The translations under genes were made by a program, and so were the position numbers. From contig JBHGNT010000004.1 of NCBI GenBank assembly GCA_043228905.1, positions 12,958,001 to 13,022,000 of the forward strand: DNA of 64,000 bases, read 5' to 3'. Below are positions 13,201 through 25,600 of this stretch, piece by piece; position 1 is the first letter of the stretch, and the number at the start of each line of letters is the position of its first letter. The stretch is from Azolla caroliniana. Lineage: Eukaryota > Plantae > Polypodiophyta. The notes under the pieces were generated by a model that searched no databases, was not told the origin of the DNA, and saw nothing but the letters and a program-made list of their open reading frames with translations.

Positions 13201-14259
13201 CGAGTATGTGTCTCTGGTTCAGCTCCGGTAATCCCCAACTTGACAGATTCACGGATTCGGATATGTCGGCTGATGCGGATACCAACCGGTCGACATCTGG
13301 ATATGTCATGACTTATGCAGGGGGAGCTATTTGATGGTAATCGAGGCTGCAAAAGATGGTTGCGTTGTCAACCACAGAGGCGGAGTACATGGCAGTTGTG
13401 GAAGCTAGCAAGGAGATAATCAGGATGAAGAACTTCATCGGAGAGCTAGGGATCCAACAGGAGGAATACCGGCTCTACTGCGACAGTCAAAGTGCCATCC
13501 ACCTTGCAAAGAACGCGGCCTACCACTCCTGGACGAAACATATCCAACGGAGGTACCACTTGATCCGGGACAGAGTAGAAGATCAAGAGTTTGTGCTAAC
13601 AAAGATCCACACAGAGGAGAACGGGTCGGATATGCTGACCAAGGTGTTGATGACTGATAAGCTGGACGTGTGCCGAAAGCGGATCGGGCTGACGAGACAT
13701 CCCATGCCAGAGTGAAGGGGGTGATTGTTGGGAAATCGGTCCTCCGGATGGGATCCGGTTATGAATGAAGAGATCCGGAAACCGGATCAGATTGACCCAG
13801 TGAGTCGGAAGTGAAGACATATTTGTAAATATGTTTTGAGTAAGCCTATTGAGGCTATATTTGTAAATATCCCTAAGTTCATATAAGTATAAATATGACT
13901 TAGGGTAATCACTTTTAGTAGTTGTCATATACTGTGGTATGTGTATAACTGTTGTTAGAGAGAGAGAGATACGGAGTAATACTCTGTTGTACCCACCGCT
14001 TGGCGAAGATATAGAGCTTGTGGTCGTTGCCTCTAAGTCTTTGATTGTACCCTTTTCTTCATAGTGATAGTTGGAGTTTCTGGGCTCCCGTGGTTTTTTT
14101 CCCATTCAGGGTTTTCCACGTAAACATCCTGTGTACTCTCTATCGTTGTGTGTGTGTGTACATGCGTTCATTCTCTATTTCCCATTTCCGTGTTTCATTG
14201 TCATTGAAGTGATTCATTACTCGGTTGTGGCCAAGCATTATTCCGCGCTATTCTCTTCA
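10262..14259 (+). mobile_element. Copia D, degenerate and gag-deleted, nested in the RT of H
   Basis: 5' LTR 10262-~10503 is fused to late gag. Protease, integrase, RT (YVDDML) and RNase H (ALSTTEAEY, SDMLTK) carry stops. 3' LTR at 13726-14259. Flanks TATGT/TATCT match 4/5. Confidence 0.9.
12009..12095 (+). repeat. (GAA)n expansion encoding poly-Glu in the Copia D linker
   Basis: About 29 codons, nearly all GAA; the paralogous site in Copia C reads only PAEEDETDTG. Confidence 0.95.
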
Positions 14260-14841
14260 TATCTCTTACTCCAAGTCTCCATGAAGGAAGGCAGTCTTGA
14301 TGTCCATTTGCTCGACATCGAGATCAATGTTGGTTGCGATGCTCAACACTTTTTGGATTGATGTCATCTTCACGACCATGGCAAATAGTTTGTCGAAATC
14401 GACACCCTTCTTCTGCTGAAAGCCTTTCACGACAATTCTTGCTTTGAGTCATGTACACATACATTTTGGCCTTACAAGGATTCGAGCCCACGGCGTCTCG
14501 TTCTATATGTTAGACCTTTAACCAATATAATAATAACATATATGATGTATAGTTATAATAAATATATTATTAGTTATTACAAGTTATTTAGAGTATTCTA
14601 GAACATTCTAGGATATTCCATGATTATATTAAATAGCATAAATATCTAAAATATTCTAGAACATTCTAGAATACTCCATAAGGACCTATAAATAGGTGTT
14701 TATTCATTAATCACAACTTATTCGGTTCAATACCAGTCTTTAGCCCTTAGCCTACTCTTTGTAACCTTGTTTCCTCATAATATAATCTCATTTCCATTTC
14801 TTGTCTTCTCTCTCTCTCTCCTACTCATGAGTCTCGACAGT

Positions 14842-14852
14842 TTGAACCGAGT
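14842..14852 (+). promoter_or_regulatory. Putative self-priming PBS of the Tcn1-like element
   Basis: TTGAACCGAGT is complementary (one G:U) to ATTCGGTTCAA at 14720-14730, about 33 nt after TATAAATA (14687). There is no TGG tRNA-type PBS. Confidence 0.75.
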
Positions 14853-17782
14853 ATTCTTTTGTTGTTCTTCTTCTCTTAAACTTATTCAAGCAAATCTAGC
14901 AAATCTCTCTCGTAACTATGAAGTCCAACAACAAGCAAGAATATATGCCCGTTCTCTCCGAGCTCGATATACCAACAACCAAATTTGTGGCCCTAGAGCA
15001 AGAAAATCAAATATTGTTACGCGACCTACAATAAGTAAGTGCTGAGAAGGTACAACAATTTGAAGAGTTATCTCAACGGTTGCATCAATTGGAGGCTACT
15101 CTATTGAAATGACAAGTGGTGGAAGTTTAAACTTCACCGCAAGATCCAAAGATTAGTCTACCGGCCAAGTTTGATGGTATGAGGTTTCAATTTTGTGGAT
15201 TTTTAAATCAGGTACGGCTTGTGATTAAATTGCATCCTAGCCGTTACCCAACTGATGTTGCTCGCATGGGACTAGTTTGTACCTTGTTAACGGGTACCAC
15301 ATTAGCGTGGTTTGCACCACTCCTAGAGAAACACTCACCATTATTAGAAGATTTTGAAGGGTATATTAATGAGTTCCAAGCTAACATTGGAGACACAAAA
15401 TAGTATGAGGACCGCAATAAACAACATTTGGCGATTACGGCAAGGAGATCGTCCTGCTTCCGCTTATGCTGCAGATTTTCGCCTTCTAGCATGTGATATT
15501 CCATGGGACAAGGCGGCATTAATGGACCAATTTTGTCAAGGTATGCGCAATGATGTGAAGGATTTACTTCTTACCTTCCATGATGATCCAAAATCTCTTA
15601 CTGAAGCCGTAAGTCGGGCTGTGCGATGTGACAATCACTTATTTGAGCGGCGTTCTGAGCGGCAACAAATGTTATGCTTCCAACCAACAGAAACATATGC
15701 TTTGGTGGTCGCAACTCCATCCCAAGTATCAAAGTCAATTTTGGTGGAAATCCCTACTCCAATGGAAATCGAGACAACACAACGTCGAGGACCATTATCG
15801 GATGCTGAAAAGCAACGACGACGAGCGAATCGTCTATGCCTCTATTGTAGTGGTCCAAGGCATATTGCTGTGAATTGTCCACATGAACCACGATGACAAG
15901 TTAACTAAGTAAGTGCTCATGGCAATCCCATCTCAATTTTTGCCCCGCCTTTTCGTAACCCATGTAGGCCTAGTAATCCTTGTCATAAAAATACATTTGA
16001 TATCTTGAGCCAATTAGATGATGTGTTAAACGAGTAAGTTTGGCCAAAATCAGAGCCATTTGGTTGGACAGCCCTAGGCATGTAACGTCCATCCCTAGTT
16101 GTGGTTCCATTTCATCCGGTCAAGTTAGTCGAGTTTTCTCTCCACAACTTTAGCTTAACATATCTAGGTGCCATCGAGTCCCAGGTTTGGCCCTCTTAGA
16201 CTCTGGAGCCAACTCGTGTTTCATGGATCATGAGTTTGCTGTAATGCATAATATTCAGTTGCATAAGCTCCCAAGCCCAGTGTCTGTCGAAGTCATTGAT
16301 GGACGCCCTATAGCATTAGGTGATATAGTTGAAGAGTCTGAACCAATTCGTGTAGTCCTAGGCAATTTGACTAGTGTCATCTCATTCAACATCATTAGTA
16401 GTCAAGAGCACTCCCTAGTTCTTGGTCTTCCATGGTTTGAGCTACAAAATTGAACTATTGATTGGAGAAAAAGAACCATTGTAGAGGCCACAATATAGTC
16501 CGAATCTCTTAAAACTCCAACAAAGGATATGACATTCCAAAAGATTTTGACAATCTCTATACATCAGTTATGTTAGGAAGGACAGAAGGAAGACATGTTG
16601 GTTTTCACAGTTTTAGCAACTCCCACATCGAGCTCACAAGAATCGGGGGTCCAACTACCGAAGAAATATATAGAATTCTACGATGTGTTTGATAAGGTGA
16701 AGGCCAATAGACTACCACAACATCGACCATATGATTGCCTGATTGATTTATATCCCGGAAAAAGAGCGTCCATGGGTGCCAATTTATATAACCTTTTGCC
16801 CACGGAAGTAGAGGTTCTTTGAGAATATATCGATGAGAACTTTGCCAATGGGTTTATCTAGCATTCAAGATCTCCTACCGGCGCACCCATATTTTTCGTT
16901 AAGAAGAAAGATGGTTCGATTCATCTGGTCGTGGATTATTTAGGATTGAATAAAGTAACTATTCGAAACCGATATGCTCTACCATTGATTTTGAGCCTTC
17001 CGGAATGGCTCAGTGCAACTAACTATTTCACAATGTTAGATCTTCGAGGTGCTTACAACCTTGTTCGAATTCGTCTTGGGGATGAATGGAAAATTGCTTT
17101 CTGTACTCGCTATGACCATTTTGAGTATACATTGATGCCATATGGTCTCACGAATGCACCAACAATTTTCCAGCATATGACGAATGACATTTTTTGAGAT
17201 TTCCTCGATATTTTCGTCATAGTTTACCTGGATGATATCTTGATCTATTAAAAAACTCAAGAGGATCATGATATACACGTTCGACAAGCTTTGCAACGAT
17301 TGCGTTGTCGGGCTTTTTGCTCTGGATCGTTTGCATGAGTCGGGTGGGAACCGCAGGGGTTTTGGATTAGGAGAAAGAAGAATATGAGTTAAGGTTAGTT
17401 ATGAATAGATTTCAAGATGAAGATATGAAACTCGTGAATCCCACGAGTATAGTGTATCAATTGATAATTAGATTGTAGGAGAGAAATAGATGGCAAAATC
17501 ATGAATCCGACGAATATTTTATATTAATCAACCCTTATAAAAAATCAACAACCCCTATACATCTTTCTCTCTTCCTTATATAGTGATGGAAGAGTCTAAG
17601 TTTATCACATGCAAGCATCATGCTTTTTCTAACTTTAGTTTTCATGCACACTACATGTGCATGAGTAGCTTTCTATCACATCTGTTCTTTAAACTCGAGT
17701 GTGTATGCATGAATAACTTTTTCTACCATGCATATCTAGAATATTTACATGGGATAAAGTTTAGTATAACTTTAAAACTTAT

Positions 17783-17853
17783 AATATGCTAGTATAGTGG
17801 TAAGGCTTATAATCGTTAACATGGAGGTATAGGGTTCAATCCTACCCTATGCA
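17783..17853 (+). other. tRNA-like A/B-box cassette in the T1 LTR (also 46693-46763 + and ~40911-40980 -)
   Basis: TAGTATAGTGGTAAG...GGTTC(G)AATC at tRNA spacing. The stems are degenerate, so this is not a functional tRNA. Confidence 0.6.
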
Positions 17854-20800
17854 TGTAACATAATTGTTGTAGTATTTCACCTCGTATGGCCCGAACCACC
17901 TTTTAGCGAACTTCCGTATCGTTGTATGTTGATGATCCAAACTATTATCATAGACAATCACCCAATCTCCTTCTTCAATCTTCCATGGTCGTAGTCAATG
18001 CTTTCTGTCGAATCGTCTTTTGTTCCGAAATCGCACTTCCTGTTGTCGGCGTCTTGCTTCCGCTATGTTTTCTGGTCTTCCCTCTAGTTGTCATATCTGG
18101 ACTGCTACTAGTTCTTCCCAGCTCATTTCTTCCTTCCACGGTAGCACTATCCATGTTGTAATTGCGGTTTCCGTCAGCATTACGATGCTTGTCCGGTCAC
18201 GGATTTATGTGTTGTGCGATCTACCCATAGTGCATACGGAAGCATTTGCGGCCAATCCTTCACCCTTCCATCGCATGCTTTTGCAAGTGCTTTGACAATT
18301 GGACTATGTTTTCGTTCGATCTTCCCGTTGGCTTCCGGATTGTATGTCGTGGTTAGTGTTAAAACCGTACTCCATGTCTGACGAAGAATTCCCTAGCTTT
18401 ATCAGAGTCAAGTTCTCCCCCATCCGCAATCACTTGACCTACACACTTGTACCTGTAGAACACTTCTTCCAAGAGAAATTGGCATACTGCGGAACATGTT
18501 TTCCTCCGTAGTGCCCGTCCTTCTACTTGGTTTGTCGGATCTTCCCGGGCTAACACCAAGTACTTCTTTTGTCCAATTCTGGTTGGCATGGCCACAATGT
18601 CGACCATCCATTTGAAGTTGATTGTTGGTGAGAATGTCGGATGTAATTCATCTCGGTGTCGAACTCTGGAGTAGATTTGACATTTCTCGCAGCTTTCCGT
18701 GAGCCGATCTTTGTACATATTCTTCCACCAATATTTTTATTTGATCTTCGCAAATGTTGCCCATGTTCCCCAATGTCCAGCCCAATCAGATTCGTGAAAT
18801 TCAGACATTATCCGGTTTCGTTGCTCTGAAGTAAAGTAGTTTTCGGAAACTTCTTCATTATCGGATTCAGTTATGTCGTCTCCGAATTGCACCCTTGATA
18901 GCATATCCGCTACCGCATTGTCTTTTCCGAAGATGTGTCGTATCTCTGGATTAAGTGACTTTACATATGCAATCCATCTTAGCATAGCCACATCCGGTAT
19001 TATGCAACACCGCATCATCCCGAGTATCGGAAGACAATCCGTTTCGATCACTACTTCGGCTCTGATCAAGTAATCTCGATCTGATTTTATCGCCGACACG
19101 ACTACCCATAATTCTCTTTTAACTTGTGCATATCTATGCTACGTTTCGTTAAGAACCTTTGCTCCAACTGGGATTGGATATTGTGAACCATTCAAATCGG
19201 CTTGATTGATGACCCATCCGATCCCAGTTGGACTTGTATCAACCGTTACTATAATCGGTCGGTCATTGTTCAGCTTCTTAAGTGCTTCTGCCCTCCATAG
19301 TGATTTCTTGAGCTTCTTCACGGATTTGGTATGTTCCGGTTTCCATTCGAACATCTTTCCCTTCTGCAACAAGTGATAGAGTGGGTCCGCAATATGTGCA
19401 TAGTGCGGAATCCGTATGTAATAAAATACACATGCCCCAAGAACCCTACGGACTTCGGATTGTGACTCACATATTTCTTTCATAGCTTGAATCACATCAA
19501 TCTTGGTTGGTGACGGTCTACGGCCGTAGGGTCCACATAGATGTGTGACTACCAATATCTCCCCAAATACTGATTTCTCTCCGGAGAGTGTTAGCTGCAA
19601 TCTTCTAACTTCCGTAACACTTTCTTGCAATCGTGAATATGGTCGACTATGAACTTTCGGCATCCCCGATCATCCATAGTTTCATCTTTTCCTTCCACCG
19701 CACATCCTTTTATCGAAATGTCATCTAGAAACAGCATCGTTATCTCTGGAACGTAGTCCTGGAGCACCTTGTTCATCGCATTCATCATATCTGCGACCAA
19801 GTTCACCGCACCTTGTGGTAGCGTGCACATTCAGAATGTTGAGCGGCAACCTCAACCAGATCCGGATCGACTGAATAAGCCTGAGCCGGATCAGCATCTG
19901 GAAGGATGAGGCGGATTGGTGAGCAAGTGAGCCGGTGAGTTGGGGAGCCGGTTAGGCGGATTCATTAGTAACCGGAAGCCTAGTAGCAGCCCAGACTACT
20001 AGGTAGTTAATGTCTCATAGTTAGTGTCAGACGCTTGTGTGAGCATTGAAGTACACCGTACTTCTGTCAGTCTCTATGGACTTGTATAAAAGTGTTCACT
20101 GAACACATACGATGTACAGAGTATTATATAGAACTGTTATTTTCTGAATAGAGGTTTGTGTGTGTGTCTCTCTCTGTCTCTCCCGCGTACTGTGTATATT
20201 TAAGCTCTCCGTTAAACCTGCGTATTTTTCTGTCTTCGGTCTTCTACTTGCTTCCACACACTATTCTTGACATGGTATTAGAGCGTGAGGGTTGAGAACC
20301 TCTGCAACCGACATAACTTTAAAGGAAAACCAACCAAGAAGAACAGGTAAAACCGATGGATAGAGGCATGGCTAGCTCGCTTCTGATGGAGAAGCTCGAC
20401 AAAAACAACTACGCATCTTGGTCCTACAAGATGCAACAGTAGTTGCTCAGGCACGGTTACTGGAGCTATGTCGACGGAGCAAATGACACAACACCCGAAT
20501 CAACACACAGAGATTTCTTGGTGTGGGAACAATTGGCGAGTAGAGTACTTTACTGCTCCGTGTCTTGTGTGGGCGAACAACTCTTAAGCTACATTCGGGA
20601 TGCAAAAACGGCAAAAGATGCTTGGGGAAATCTGAAGAAGATTTTTGCCGCAAGCACTACAACCAGGAAGCTTCAACTCTAATAGGAGTTGAGCAACATA
20701 CGACAACGCGACTTGTCGGTGGCAGACTACACCTCCAAAATCAAGGGCATTTGCGACTCTCTAGGCTCCATCGATGTGAATATCAAAGAAGCCGATATGG

Positions 20801-22574
20801 TGCAAATTTGTCTCGGAGGTTTGGCGTCAATGTTCGGAGTGTTCCAAACTGTTGTGTGTACAAGGGAGAATACACCGTCATTTTTCGACTTATAGTCGAT
20901 GCTCCTTGTGGAGGAGAACCACGTCGGTGTGTCAACAAGTGCACCCACCGACAACCGGATGCTATACACGGATGCGGATCGGTCCCGTGGGCGTGGTGGA
21001 CGAGGTGGCTCAGCTCGCAATGGTAGCGGCCAACAAGAGCAAGACCGAAGGCACAAGTAGCGGGAGTCAAGGCGGCGCCGGAGGCCGAGAATCAAAGGCC
21101 GACACACAATATTGGAACTGTGGTAAAATGGGCCACAGAGAAAGTGTCAATTCGGACAGATCCGGATCCAGCAAGGTCGGTAGAGAGAACCGACAATACT
21201 CGCACTACGTAGAAGGATCGGGAGGATCCAAAACCGGAAAAGCCGGTAAAGGGCCAACCTTGACGATGAAACACGAGGCTAACTCGATGAAGAAGACCAC
21301 TTCCGAATCGGAGGAAGTGTGGTACGTTGATTTTGGTGCATCGAATCACATGTCGAGCCAGAAAGAATGGTTCTCTTTCTTGGAGAAACTAGAACAACCG
21401 GGAGTCGTCGAAACTGGTGTCGTGTGGTTTTTCACACACGATATGAAAACTACTAAAATAATTATTTAGAATTAGCTTAATGTATTCATATGGAAAGATA
21501 GATCTCTTCAAGAGCTTCATACCGTATTTTACTACGCATGAAACGGATAAACAAGTATCAAGTTATGTGAGTGTGAAGTTTGAAGAAAAAAGAAAAGGCA
21601 AAACTGTGAGATATCCCACATAGATAGGACAACATTGAAACCCAGGATATATAAAGAAAACCAAACCATATTCATTCTATCAATGTGTGGAGCATAGAAT
21701 GTTTAAGGTGACTTGAGCTACATTGTGTGGTGTGCATGCTTTGGGCGTATGCGTGTATGCACGGCCATGTCGAAGCTTCGGGCATCGTGTGCACATATTT
21801 GGACGTATGTGCGTGTGCACGTTTTCAGACATATGCGCGTGTGCAAGTTTCGGACAAACGCGTGTATGTGGACGAGTGCGCCGATGCATACATGACGCGG
21901 TCGGGATGCGCGAGTGCGCAGTCCGAACTTTTGCGCGCGGATGCGTCTACTGTTTAGTTGTGACGCACATACGGATTGCGCACAGGCTAAACTTTATGGA
22001 TGATTGGGTCATTTGGCTGAATTATACGGACGGTCGCTTGCAACTAAAAGCCAAGGCCATGCAACTAAAAGTAAAATGTATGCAACTAAAAGTAGAGGCC
22101 ATGCAACTAAAAGTGGACATGCAAAGTAACATTGGGAAGAAGGATCAACAAAAAGCTCGACATATGTTCCATTTTTTCCTCTACTATTTTTTTCCTTCTT
22201 CTTCTCTCTCCCATTCCTTGGGGAGGAAATCTCTCTTATATTGATATCGGACCACTCCTTACATGGTTGTTGGCTCCTTCCTTTCAAGGATAATCTCTCA
22301 TATTCATATTGGACCACTCCTTATATGGTTGTTGGCTCCTTTCTTTAAAAAATTTGATCTCTCATTTTCATCTCCAACCCGTTGTAACAAGATTCTTGAA
22401 TTATACAAGAATCTATTTTCTTATGCTATAAACATATGTTTTCTCTCATCTACTCGTCTTATCTGTGAATTTTGCTTGTGTTGTACGTGTTGCACTAAAC
22501 CCTTCTAGTCCAGAACCCCGACGGTTCCGCCTCGCGATCCACACATAGTAACGGATTTTCACGACATAATTAAG

Positions 22575-22591
22575 TGGTGAACCCGACGTGA
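22575..22591 (+). promoter_or_regulatory. tRNA-Trp primer-binding site (T2)
   Basis: TGGTGAACCCGACGTGA is the complement of the plant tRNA-Trp 3' end as I recall it (...TCACGTCGGGTTCA-CCA). Confidence 0.85.
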
Positions 22592-22612
22592 AAGAGGCGG
22601 TAGGGAGGATAT

Positions 22613-25600
22613 TGTTGGGATTACGGTCCCTCCGGATGGGATGGTCAAATGTCCGGGAATCGGGAATGAAGACCCGAATGAGGAGTACCCGGTTTCGGAT
22701 CCGGATGATGAAGACCCCGGCTACGGAGCCGGATGACGAATGTACCCGGAGAGAGAGATCCGGATGCGGGGACATATTTGTGAATATGTTTGCCAAGGGC
22801 CCTCTAGGCCTTATTTGTAAATAGCCCGAAAGTCATATGTGCATAAATATGACTTAGGGCAAACAGTTTTGTTGGTTGTTGCTCATTTTCTGTTTTCACT
22901 TAGAGGGAGCGAAGTGAGAGCAGCCGAGAGAGAGAGAGAGAGAGAGAAAGGAAGAGGTCGACGCCTCTGTGTAATACCGCCGCCTGTGGCGAGGACAGCG
23001 AGCTCAAGGTCGTCGCCTTGCAGCTCGCCATTGTACATTCCCTGCGTATAGTGATAGTTGGAGTCTTGCACTCCCGTGGTTTTTCCCGTTTAGGGTTTTC
23101 CACGCTAAACCCTGTGCATTCGAGTCTCTCTCTGTGTGTTTTGGATTTACTGCTGCACTGACTCGTGTTTCCTCGGTTGTGGCCGAGAGGTGAAGGTTTT
23201 TGAAAGCGTAAATTCCTAACAATTTGGTATTAGAGCGACTGCAGTGCAGAAAATGGAAGGCGGCAGCAGCGGGCAGCCGGGGATGATGGTGCTGAATGCG
23301 CAGAACTACGCCGACTGGAAGATAAAGATGGAGGATTTGCTCATTGTTCGGGACCTGTATGAACCGATCGACAGGTCGGAAATACCCAAGGGGGTACTTG
23401 AGACGGAATGGAGGCTTCTGAACCGGAAAGCCGTTGCAACCATTCGGCAATACGTCGACGTGAGCGTTCTACAACATGTGGCGAACGACACCAATGCATA
23501 TGAGATGTGGCAAAAGCTGTTGGGCCTCTACGAGAGGAAGAATGCGTTGAACCAGACCTCCCTGATGAGGAAGATAGTGAACCTCAAGTACCGGGACGAC
23601 GAGAGTATGGTGGAACACGTAAGCACGTTCATGGGATTCGTGAACCAGCTTGCGGCGATCAAGTTCCCGTTGGAGGATGCAATGCAAGCCATCATGCTTA
23701 TGTGTACATTGCCGGAAAGCTGGGAGAACTTGGTGGTGACTCTCAGCACCTCCTGCACCGAAGATAACTTGTCCCTACAAACGGTAAAGACAAGCATTTT
23801 GAACGAAGAAGCGCGTCGAAGAGATAAAGAACCGGCCTCCGATCCGAAGATGCTGCTTACCGAATCGGATCGGGGAAGACAACGGAACCGGAGTCCGCAA
23901 AGACGGGAGAAGTCGGGGACCCGGTCGCAGTCAAGAGGAAGGCCCACATGCTTCCACTGTGGGAAGCCGGGGCACTTCCGAAAGAATTGTCGGCATTACC
24001 GAAAAGACAACGGAGCCGACGACACCGATTCGAAGAAGTCTTCGGAACGGAACGGTGCTTACCGGGGAGCCACGGACCGGAATGGTTCGGATCGGCGAGG
24101 GCAGGACCGGAAAGGAACGACGGCACTCGCGGCAAGTGAAGAGGAGATCATGCTCATCACCGAAGAAGGTGAACTAAACATTGCCGGCGATGAGACTACC
24201 TGGGTGGTCGATTCTGGAGCGTCGTTCCACCTGACCCCGGAAAGAAGATACTTCTCATCCTACACAGCCGGTGAGCATGGCTGTGTTCGGATGGGAAATG
24301 AAGGTACGTGCCGGATTGCCGGCATAGGAGACGTGTGGTTGACAACCTCGACCGGATGCAAAATGTTGCTGAAGGATGTCCGACACGTTCCGGAGGTTCA
24401 ATTGAACCTGATTTCGGCCGGGAGGCTAGACGATGAAGGCTACACAGGTAGCATCCGGAACTGCGTAATGAAGTTCAGCAAGGGGAGCCTGATAGTGGCT
24501 CGGGCCCGGAAAGTCAACACACTGTACCTTATGAATGCCTGGTTGTGTCCGGAGGAGTTGAACGTGGCAGCCGACACTGCCGGTGAGCTGTGGCACAAGA
24601 GACTGTGCCACATGAGTGAGAAGGGGATGAAGAGGCTTGCAGAAGACAACCTTATTCCAGTGAAGCATGTGCACCTGGAGAAGTGCACCGATTGCCTGGC
24701 CGGTAAGCAGAACCGAACCTCCTTCCACTCAAGGCCACCGACGAGACGTAGCGCACCATTGGAGTTGGTGCACACTGACGTGTGTCAAGTAGAAACGAAG
24801 TCACATGGTGGAGCCCAGTACTTCGTGACATTCATTGATGACCACAGCCGGAAGCTGTGGACGGCACCGTTGAAGACAAAGGACCAAGTGTTGTGCGTCT
24901 TCAAAGAACTCCACGCGAGAGTGGAAAGGGAATCCGGCAAGAAGCTGAAAGCGATACGAGCGGATAACGGAGGGGAATACCGGGGGCAGTTCAAGGAGTA
25001 CTGTCGCTCGAAGGGAATCCGGCTCGAGTTTACTGTGCCGAAGACGCCGGAACTGAACGGGCTGGCCGAGAGGATGAACCAGACCATAATGGAGAGGGCC
25101 CGGAGTATGCTGGCGCATGCGAAATTACCCAAGGGGTTTTGGGCTGAGGCAATGTCGACGGCGACATACGTGATAAATAGATCACCCTCAGTACCTTTGG
25201 ACGGAGACACGCCGCAGAGAGTGTGGACCGGTAGGGAAGTATCCTACCGGCATCTGAAGGTGTTTGGGTGTCTCGCGTATGTGCATGTGGCAAAGGACCG
25301 GAGAGGAAAGCTAGATCCAAAGACCCGGCCATGCATATTCCTCGGTTACGGCGATGACGAGTTCGGCTACCGAGTATGGGACCCGGTCGACAAAAAGATA
25401 TTCCGGAGTCGTGATATCATCTTCATGGAGGACAAGACACTCGCCGACTGGGAGTCGGAGAAGAAGATGAAGAGCTCCAAGTCGACCGGTGAGGATCAAC
25501 TCTACGAGGAGCAGTCCCGACCGGCAAGGGACCGGTTAGCACTCGAGGATCCGGCCGAAGACGGTGAAGAAACAGAACCGGCCGAGGAAGATGAAACTGA

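Noticed and set aside
17783-17853. Functional tRNA gene
   Set aside because: Acceptor, anticodon and T stems do not pair; kept only as a tRNA-derived cassette.
22040-22125. 21-bp periodic repeat resembling a CRISPR array
   Set aside because: Head-to-tail units without unique spacers, inside a eukaryotic LTR, and no cas genes.
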